From Gemmatimonadetes bacterium 13_1_40CM_69_22 (GTDB lineage Bacteria; Gemmatimonadota; Gemmatimonadetes; Gemmatimonadales; GWC2-71-9): a DNA stretch of 64,000 nt. The stretch is taken from contig MNEL01000018.1 in NCBI GenBank assembly GCA_001917665.1, forward strand, positions 8,774 to 72,773, in the 5' to 3' direction. The translations under genes were made by a program, and so were the position numbers. Of the stretch, positions 35,018 through 42,010 are shown one piece after another; position 1 is the first letter of the stretch; every line of letters begins with the position of its first letter. Below the pieces are notes generated by a model. It saw only the letters and a list, made by a program, of their open reading frames with translations, was not told the origin of the DNA and made no database searches.

Positions 35018-35947
35018 GTGGCTCAGCAGCGGTTCGTGGAGCGCGCCAAGCTGTTCTTCTTCCGCCACTTCGAGCGGATCTTCGTGCTGCTGCTCGTCTT
35101 CGCGATGGTGGCGATCCACACCTTCGTCGACCAGAAGTTCGCGTTCCTGAGCTTCTACTACCTCCCGATGATCCTCGCCGGCTTCTACGGCGGCCGCCGC
35201 TTCGCGGTGCTAGCGGGCCTGTTCGTCGTCGCCCTGGTGCTGTTCTACCAGTACGTCCAGGGGCTCGACATGCTGCCCGGGTTCTACGGCGACGCGTTGC
35301 TCGCGCTCGTGCCGTGGGCGGGGTTCCTGATCCTCACGGGCTACGTCGTGGGCACGCTCGCCGAGCAGCGGGAGGCGCGCCTCGGGGACGTGAAGAACGC
35401 GTACCTCGCGACGCTGGAGCTGCTCACCTACCACATCGAATCGACCGAGCGCAACCTGCAGGGGCACTCCAACCGCGTGGCGGACGTGGCCGTGGCGATC
35501 GGGCGAGAGCTCGAGCTCCCCGAAGAGGACGTCGAGAATCTGCGGGTGGCGGCGCTGCTGCACGAAGTGGGCACGCGGGACCAGCGGCTGCTGGGGCTGC
35601 TGTCGCGCTCGGTGACCGACTCCTCCGTCCCGGTGGCGCGGTGGATGCGCGGCGCGGCGGAGATCATCAGCGAGTACGGGCATTACTACGAGATCGTGGG
35701 TGAGGACTGGGACATCGAGGCGCTGCCGCTTCCCGCGACGGTCAAAATCCTCGCCGTCGCGGACGCCTTCGAGACGCTGCAGATGGCGACGCCGGTCCGC
35801 GCCGCGTTCCCCAAGTGGAGCGCACTCGAGGAAGTGGAAAAGGGGGCGGGCAAGACCTTCGCCCAGGACGCGGTGCGCGCGTTGCGCAGTGTGGCGGGAC
35901 GGCCGGAAGCGACCGGCTCGGGGATGCAGGGGCTGAAGGTCGTCTAG
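35018..35947 (+). CDS. membrane-bound degenerate HD-GYP-like domain protein
   Basis: Four N-terminal TM helices. HSNRVADVAVAIG...AALLHEVG (HE in place of HD), a later ILAVADAFETL, and no HHE..GYP segment. Confidence 0.65.
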   Translation: MAQQRFVERAKLFFFRHFERIFVLLLVFAMVAIHTFVDQKFAFLSFYYLPMILAGFYGGRRFAVLAGLFVVALVLFYQYVQGLDMLPGFYGDALLALVPWAGFLILTGYVVGTLAEQREARLGDVKNAYLATLELLTYHIESTERNLQGHSNRVADVAVAIGRELELPEEDVENLRVAALLHEVGTRDQRLLGLLSRSVTDSSVPVARWMRGAAEIISEYGHYYEIVGEDWDIEALPLPATVKILAVADAFETLQMATPVRAAFPKWSALEEVEKGAGKTFAQDAVRALRSVAGRPEATGSGMQGLKVV

Positions 35948-35953
35948 GTTCCT

Positions 35954-36133
35954 CACCACCGGCAGGAACGCCACAGGCAGGGCGAGGGCGGTGGCCGCGA
36001 GCCCGGCCAGGAGGGGCGCCGCCGGTTTCTGCACGGCGTCGACGAAACGGAGCCGGCGCCTCACGAAGTTTCGGGTGGTCACGAAGCCGCCGCCCAGTGC
36101 GGCGGCGCCAATCAACAGTCCCAGCGCAATCAT
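35954..36133 (-). other. possible small two-TM protein ORF lacking a nearby stop codon
   Basis: ATG at 36133 preceded by GGAG. High-GC3 sequence MIALGLLIGAAALGGGFVTTRNFVRRRLRFVDAVQKPAAPLLAGLAATALALPVAFLPVV. The frame then runs on antisense through the HD gene to 35210. Confidence 0.3.
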
Positions 36134-36199
36134 CGTCACTCCTTGTCCTGCCGCCGTACGCAAGTTGCGGGGTGGCTGTTTCGGATGCAAATCTCCCCT

Positions 36200-37143
36200 A
36201 TGAGCGCCGCCTCCCGCGTCGTGCGCGTCGCCGCCGTCCAGGCGGCGCCGGTGTTCCTCGATCTGCCGGCGTCGCTCGATCGCCTGGAAGAGTGGGCGCG
36301 GCGTGCCGCGGAGCAACAAGCGCGCTTGATCGCGTTCGGCGAGACGTGGCTCGTGGGCTACCCCGAGTGGCTCGACGAGTCGCCGGAGGCGGCGCTGTGG
36401 GGGCACCGCGGCGCCCAGGCGGTGTTCCAGCGGCTCGTCGAGAACAGCGTGTCCGTGCCGGGACCCGCGGCCGACCGCCTGGGGAAGCTCGCGCGTGAGC
36501 TCCGGGCGACGCTGGTAGTGGGCGTCCACGAGCGCGCCGGGCGCACCCTCTACAACACGCAGCTCACCTACGGCCCGGACGGGTCGCTCGCGCGCCGCCA
36601 CCGCAAGCTCATGCCCACCTACCACGAGCGGCTGATCTGGGGGCAGGGCGACGGCGCCGCGCTGGCGGCGGTCGCGGTGGACGGCGCCCGGGTGGGGAGC
36701 CTGATCTGCTGGGAGCACTGGATGCCGCTCACTCGCCAGGCGCTGCACGACTCGGGCGAGGAGATCCACGTGGCGGGGTGGCCCGGGGTCCAGGAGATGC
36801 ACCAGGTGGCCTCACGCAGCTACGCCTTCGAGGGGCGCTGCTTCGTGGTCGCGGTTGGCAGCATCCTGCGGATGAAGGACATGCCGCCCGAGCTGCCGCC
36901 GGGGACCCGGACGGGTTCCTGATCCGCGGGGGGAGCGCCGTCATCGCGCCGAACGGGCGCTATCTCGCTGGCCCCGTGTACGACGAGGAGACGATCGTCG
37001 TGGCCGACTGCGATCTCTCGGAGATCACGCGGGAGGCGCTGACGCTGGACGTGAGCGGGCACTACAGCCGCCCCGATGTGTTCGAGTTTCGGGTAAAGAC
37101 CGTAAACGGCCGGGGAAGGGGGAAGGGGGAAGGGGAAATGTGA
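36200..37143 (+). pseudogene. nitrilase-superfamily carbon-nitrogen hydrolase with a single frameshift
   Basis: Glu-Lys-Cys triad context (AFGETW, RRHRKLMPT, LICWEHW) in the frame of ORF 36143..36922. The C-terminal GDPDGFLIRGGSAVIAPNG...DVSGHYSRPDVF is in the frame of ORF 36778..37143. The switch lies at about 36896-36903 (CCGCCGGGGACCC). Confidence 0.75.
37112..37135 (+). repeat. G-quadruplex-type tract GGGG AA GGGGG AA GGGGG AA GGGG
   Basis: (GGGGAAG)-like tandem unit at the nitrilase stop, 35 nt before the M16 ATG. Flanked by the inverted ACGGCC / GGCCGT pair. Confidence 0.75.
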
Positions 37144-37169
37144 AGGCCGTCAGAATCAGAGGAGTACTG

Positions 37170-38552
37170 ATGCGAAGGATTGCCACCTTGGGAGCGGCCT
37201 GCTTCGGACTGCTATCGGTCTATCCGTCTATCCGTCTATCTGCCCAAGCGCTCCACGTGCCGTATCAAACCTTCACGCTCCCCAACGGCCTACAGGTGCT
37301 GCTGCACGAGGACCACTCCGTGCCGCTCGTGACCGTGAACATCTGGTATCACGTCGGCTCGGCGGATGAGAAGCCGGGGCGCACCGGGTTCGCCCACTTG
37401 TTCGAGCACATCATGTTCATGGGCTCGCAGCACGTGCCGACGGGCGAGTTCGACAAGCTGCTCGAGGCCGCCGGGGGCGACAACAACGGCTCCACCACCG
37501 AGGACCGGACCAACTACTACGAGGACGCGCCGAGCAACGCCCTGCCGCTGATGCTGTGGCTGGACTCGGACCGCATGGGATTCCTGCTTCCCGAGATCAC
37601 CGCGGACAAAGTCGACCTGCAGCGGGGAGTGGTGCAGAACGAGCGGCGCCAGAGCTACGAAAACCGGCCCTACGGGCTCGCGGAGGAGAATATTCTACAG
37701 CGGCTCTACCCTGCCGAGCATCCGTACCACTGGCCCGTGATCGGCTCGATGGCCGACCTTTCGGCCGCCACGCTGGAAGACGTGCGCGGCTTCTTCCGCA
37801 CCTATTACACCCCCAACAATGCGACGCTCGCGATCGCGGGAGACATCACGCCGCGCGCCGCGCGCCAGCTCGTGGAGCGCTACTTCGGCGAGGTCCCGCG
37901 CGGACCGGCGGTGGCGCGTCCCGCGCCCCCGGCGGTGCAGCTCGGGGCGGACGTGTACGCCACCCTCGAGGACCGTGTCCAGGTGCCGCGCGTGTACGAT
38001 GTGTGGCACACGATGAAGGCGTTCGCGGACGGCGACGCCACGCTCGACGTGCTGGCGAACGTGCTCGCGGGCGGGCGGTCGTCGCGGCTCTACCGGCGCC
38101 TCGTGTACGAGCTGCAGATCGCGACCGACGTCGTGGCGTTCCAGGACGGCGGGCGGCTCGACGGGAAGTTCGAGTTGTGGGCCACGGCGCGGCCGGGGCA
38201 CGACCTCACCGAGCTCGAGCGCGTGATCGACGAGGAAATACAGAAGCTCGCGCAGGCCGGCCCGACCCCCCGCGAGGTCGAGCGAGCGCAGAACACCTTC
38301 GAGGCCCAGTTTCTCTCCCGCATGGAGCGCGTGGGCGGCTTCGGCGGCAAGGCCGACCAGTTGAACTTCTACAATTACTTCGTCGGTACACCGGATTACT
38401 TCCAGCCGGATCTGGATCGCTACCGCAAAGTGACCGCAGCGGACGTGCAGGACGCCGTGCGGCACTACCTGGCGGGCGCGCATCGGATCGTGCTGAGCGT
38501 CGTGCCGCAGGGGAAACCGGAGCTGGCGGTGAAGCAGGGGGTGAGCCCATGA
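37170..38552 (+). CDS. M16-family zinc peptidase (insulinase/pitrilysin type), catalytic subunit
   Basis: Signal peptide MRRIATLGAACFGLLSVYPSIRLSAQ. Inverted zinc motif HLFEH (GFAHLFEHIMFMGS). GAGGAG sits upstream of the ATG. Confidence 0.9.
   Translation: MRRIATLGAACFGLLSVYPSIRLSAQALHVPYQTFTLPNGLQVLLHEDHSVPLVTVNIWYHVGSADEKPGRTGFAHLFEHIMFMGSQHVPTGEFDKLLEAAGGDNNGSTTEDRTNYYEDAPSNALPLMLWLDSDRMGFLLPEITADKVDLQRGVVQNERRQSYENRPYGLAEENILQRLYPAEHPYHWPVIGSMADLSAATLEDVRGFFRTYYTPNNATLAIAGDITPRAARQLVERYFGEVPRGPAVARPAPPAVQLGADVYATLEDRVQVPRVYDVWHTMKAFADGDATLDVLANVLAGGRSSRLYRRLVYELQIATDVVAFQDGGRLDGKFELWATARPGHDLTELERVIDEEIQKLAQAGPTPREVERAQNTFEAQFLSRMERVGGFGGKADQLNFYNYFVGTPDYFQPDLDRYRKVTAADVQDAVRHYLAGAHRIVLSVVPQGKPELAVKQGVSP
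37215..37238. repeat. half copy of the 8-mer array, (TCSGTCTA)x3, inside the M16 signal-peptide codons
   Basis: TCGGTCTA TCCGTCTA TCCGTCTA, read directly. Translated as SVYPSIRL. Confidence 0.8.
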
Positions 38553-40042
38553 GGCCGGTGGCTAGACGGGTAGACGGTTGGACGGGTAGTCGCCTCGGTT
38601 CGTGGCCGGGCCTCGTTGGTATCGGGTGCGCGGTGTTACTACCCGTCTACCCGTCTACCCGTCTCGCCGCCCAGGTTGACCGCACCAAACCTCCCGTGCT
38701 GCCGCCTTCGCCGGCCCTCCAGCTCCCGGCGGTGCAGACGGCCACGCTCCCGAACGGGCTCCAGCTGGCGGTCGTGGAGACGCACAAGGTGCCGGTCGTC
38801 GACGTGCAGGTGGTGCTCGAAGCCGGCGCGGCCCACGACCCGGCCGACCTGCCCGGCCTCGCCACCTTCACGACGACGATGCTGCAGCAGGGGGCGGGAC
38901 GGCGCGGGGCGCTCGAGATCGCGGACGAGGCAGCGTTCCTGGGCGCGCAGCTCAACAGCTCGGCGAGCTACGACGCGGCGACGGTGTCGCTGCACGTCCC
39001 GAGGCGGCGCCTCGAGCCGGCGCTCGATCTGCTGACGGACGTCGTGCTGCGGCCCACGTTCGCAGATTCGGAGGTCGCGCGGCAGCGCGAGCTGCGGCGC
39101 GCCCAGATCGTGCAATTGGCCGACAACCCCGTGGCGATGGCCGGTATCGCGTTTCCGGCGATCGTGTACGGGCGGGCGCACCCGTACGGGCGCCCGCTGA
39201 ACGGCACCGAGGCATCCACGGCGGCCCTGTCCCGCGACCGGGTGACGGAGTTCTACCGGGCCTCCTACCGGCCCAACGCGGCCCGTCTGCTCGTCGTCGG
39301 CGACGTGACCCTGGCGGAGGCGCGGCGGCTTCTGGCCGCACGGTTCGGTGCGTGGGAACAGGGCCCCGTGCCGGCCGTGCCGCAGGCGGCGCCACCCGCG
39401 CCGGCGTCGCGCACCGTGTACCTGGTCGACAAGCCGGGTGCGGCGCAGTCGGTCATCCGGATCGGGCACCTCGGCGTCGCCCGCACGACCCCCGACTACT
39501 TTGCGCTCCAGGTGTTGAACACCATCTTGGGCGGCGCGTTCACGTCGCGGCTCAACCAGAACCTGCGCGAGACGCACGGCTACACCTACGGGGCGTTCTC
39601 GCAGTTCTCGGCCGGGCGGATGGCCGGCCCATTCGTCGCCAGCGCGTCGGTCGTGACCGCCAAGACGGACAGCTCGCTGATCGAGTTCCTGAAGGAGCTG
39701 CGGCGCATCCGCGACGCAGCGGTGCCCGACGCCGAGCTCGCCAAGGCCAAGGCATACATCACGCTCGGCCTGCCCGCGGACTTCGAGACGACCGCTGCCG
39801 CGGCGTCCAAGTTCCGGGAGCTGCTCGTGTACGGCCTGCCGCTCGACTACTTCGATCACTACGCCGAGCGGATCAACGCGGTCACGGCCGCCGACGTGCA
39901 GCGCGTCGCGCGCCAGTACATCGACCCCGACCACTTCGACATCGTGGTGGTAGGGGACAGGAGCCAGATCGAAGCGGGCATCAAGGCCTTGAACGAGGGC
40001 CCCATCGTGTACCGGGACCTGTGGGGGCAAGAGGTGAAGTGA
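38549..40042 (+). CDS. M16-family peptidase homolog lacking the HxxEH motif (non-catalytic partner)
   Basis: The ATG overlaps the upstream stop (ATGA). M16 fold sequence (TATLPNGLQLAVVETHKVPVVDVQVVLEAGAAHD) with no HxxEH at the equivalent position. Confidence 0.8.
   Translation: MRPVARRVDGWTGSRLGSWPGLVGIGCAVLLPVYPSTRLAAQVDRTKPPVLPPSPALQLPAVQTATLPNGLQLAVVETHKVPVVDVQVVLEAGAAHDPADLPGLATFTTTMLQQGAGRRGALEIADEAAFLGAQLNSSASYDAATVSLHVPRRRLEPALDLLTDVVLRPTFADSEVARQRELRRAQIVQLADNPVAMAGIAFPAIVYGRAHPYGRPLNGTEASTAALSRDRVTEFYRASYRPNAARLLVVGDVTLAEARRLLAARFGAWEQGPVPAVPQAAPPAPASRTVYLVDKPGAAQSVIRIGHLGVARTTPDYFALQVLNTILGGAFTSRLNQNLRETHGYTYGAFSQFSAGRMAGPFVASASVVTAKTDSSLIEFLKELRRIRDAAVPDAELAKAKAYITLGLPADFETTAAAASKFRELLVYGLPLDYFDHYAERINAVTAADVQRVARQYIDPDHFDIVVVGDRSQIEAGIKALNEGPIVYRDLWGQEVK
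38563..38665. repeat. palindromic 8-mer element embedded in the 5' coding region of the second M16 gene
   Basis: TAGACGGG TAGACGGT TGGACGGG TAGTCGCC (38563-38594) against TGTTACTA CCCGTCTA CCCGTCTA CCCGTCTC (38634-38665). About 25 of 28 positions are complementary by hand alignment. Confidence 0.85.
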
Positions 40043-40665
40043 CGGACGAAGACGACGGCCTGATCGTCCTGCGTATCGCCCTCTATTTCGGGCCGGCGTG
40101 TTTCATCATGCTGTCCGCCCTGTGGTTCAAGCTGCTGCGCGATGGATTGATCTCGACCGGCGTGTTCGTGGCGTTGCTGGTCGTGAACGTCCCCCTCACG
40201 GTGGCCGGCGTGCGACTGATCGCGCACAGCGTGAGCAGGACGTCAGTGGTCCTGGCGAAGACGCTGCTCGCGGCGGGCGATATCCCGCCGCCGCGCAGCT
40301 ACCCCGAGCAGGACCTGCTCATCGCGCGCGGGCAGTATGCCGAAGCGGCGGAGTACTTTGGGGATCTCGTCCGGGTCGATCCCGCCGACTGCGACCCGCG
40401 GCTCAGGCTGGCGGACCTGCTGGAGCGCCACCTCGCCGATCCCGCGGGAGCGGAGCAGCAGTATCTCGAGGTGCGCCGGCGCAGCGCCGACCCGCGGGTG
40501 CAGTTCACCGTGACCAACGCGTTGATCGATCTGTACCGTCGGACCGGCCGCCGCGACCGGCTCAAGGTGGAGCTGGCCCGGCTTGCGGACCGGTATCGAG
40601 GGACCGCGCACGGAGAGGCGGCGGCGCGGGAGCTCAAGGAGCTGAAGGTGGAAGCTCGCGGTTAA
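40039..40665 (+). CDS. membrane protein with TPR-like C-terminal domain
   Basis: The GTG overlaps the upstream stop (GTGA). Two TM helices followed by helical repeats (GQYAEAAEYFGDLVRVDPADCDPRLRLADLLERH). Confidence 0.5.
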   Translation: MTDEDDGLIVLRIALYFGPACFIMLSALWFKLLRDGLISTGVFVALLVVNVPLTVAGVRLIAHSVSRTSVVLAKTLLAAGDIPPPRSYPEQDLLIARGQYAEAAEYFGDLVRVDPADCDPRLRLADLLERHLADPAGAEQQYLEVRRRSADPRVQFTVTNALIDLYRRTGRRDRLKVELARLADRYRGTAHGEAAARELKELKVEARG

Positions 40666-40669
40666 CGCG

Positions 40670-41665
40670 CTACCACCGCACGGCCGCGCTGGCCCAGGTG
40701 AACCCCGACCCGAACGCGGTGAGGACGAGCAGGTCCCCCCGCGCGAGCCGCCCTTCGCACAGCGCTTCGTCGAGCGCGATCGGAATCGACGCAGCGGTGG
40801 TGTTTCCGTACTTTTCGATGTTGATGTAGACCTGGTCGTCCCGCAGGCCGATCGCCTTCTGCACCATCTCGATGATGCGCTGGTTCGCCTGATGAGGGAC
40901 CAGCAGCTTGATGTCGGCGGGCGTGAAGCCGTTGGCGGCGAGCGCCGCGACGACCGACTGCGGCATCAGGATGGAGGCGAACTTGAACACGTCGCGCCCG
41001 TCCATGACGGCCCGGTGCTTCCCCTCCCGGATGAGCTCCTCGCTGATGTAGGGGTCGTGCGCCAACCCGGGCGCGTCTACCCACAGCTTCTCGGCGTGGC
41101 GGCCGTCGGCGAACAGGTGCGTCGAAAGCACGCCCCGGCGCGCATCGTCAGTCGGCCCGAGAATCGCGACGCCCGCGCCGTCGCCGAACAGCACCGTCGT
41201 GTCCCGGCCGCGGGTCGTCTTGTCGAGCCCGCGAGAGTGCACCTCGGCGCCGACCAGGAGCACGCGACGATATTGGCCGGTGCGGATCCAGGCGTCGGCG
41301 ACCGAGAGGCCATAGATGAAGCCCGAGCACTGGTTCCGCACGTCGATGGCCGGGATGTCGGTGAGGCCGAGCTCGCGCTCCAGGAACACGCCGTTGCCGG
41401 GCTCGAAGTGGTCGGGGGTGCAGGTGCAATACACGATGCAATCGAGGTCGGAGGGCTTGAGCGAAGCCCTGGCGAGCGCTTTCAGGGTGGCCGCGCGCGC
41501 CAGGGTGGCGCCGGTCTCGCCGTCCGAGACCCAGTGCCGCGTCCGAATGCCCGAGCGTTGAGTGATCCACTCGTCGGACGTGTCCATCATCCGCGACAGC
41601 TCGTCGTTGGTGACGATGCGATCGGGGACGTGGAACGCGGTGGCGATGAACTCGGTGCGCGGCAT
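40670..41665 (-). CDS. fabH: 3-oxoacyl-[ACP] synthase III
   Basis: 331 aa. Catalytic Cys (RNQCSGFIYGL), His (VPHQANQRII) and Asn (YGNTTAASIPIAL). Confidence 0.9.
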   Translation of the reverse strand: MPRTEFIATAFHVPDRIVTNDELSRMMDTSDEWITQRSGIRTRHWVSDGETGATLARAATLKALARASLKPSDLDCIVYCTCTPDHFEPGNGVFLERELGLTDIPAIDVRNQCSGFIYGLSVADAWIRTGQYRRVLLVGAEVHSRGLDKTTRGRDTTVLFGDGAGVAILGPTDDARRGVLSTHLFADGRHAEKLWVDAPGLAHDPYISEELIREGKHRAVMDGRDVFKFASILMPQSVVAALAANGFTPADIKLLVPHQANQRIIEMVQKAIGLRDDQVYINIEKYGNTTAASIPIALDEALCEGRLARGDLLVLTAFGSGFTWASAAVRW

Positions 41666-41733
41666 CGCGGTTCCTTGCGGCTGGAGGCCGATCGGACAAG
41701 ATTTCGCCCCCGGCCCGCCAAAGCAAGGGAGCC

Positions 41734-42009
41734 ATGGATCTTGCAGTCACCCGCGAGCAGTTCGACGCCGTGCGGGGCGCGCGGCACCTCCCCGACGTTC
41801 TCAAGCAGGTGTTGGCCGGCGCCAGGCGCTCGGACGACGGTGAAGGGGAGGGCGGGGGCTACGTGCTCCACCTCACCTATGAGGAGGCCACCGCGCTGAA
41901 CGAGCTGTGCGCCTGGAACGTCCACACCGACGCGAGCGGGGCTGTGACGCCGGAGTCGCGTGTGTTCGACGACCTGGTGAAGGCCATCCTCACCCATCCG
42001 GACTACTAG
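41734..42009 (+). CDS. hypothetical small protein
   Basis: 91 aa, strong GC3 bias in this frame. Its stop lies 1 nt before the S9 peptidase ATG. Confidence 0.55.
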   Translation: MDLAVTREQFDAVRGARHLPDVLKQVLAGARRSDDGEGEGGGYVLHLTYEEATALNELCAWNVHTDASGAVTPESRVFDDLVKAILTHPDY

Positions 42010-42010
42010 C

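Noticed and set aside
38639-40030. 463-aa minus-strand ORF
   Set aside because: Antisense shadow of the second M16 gene.
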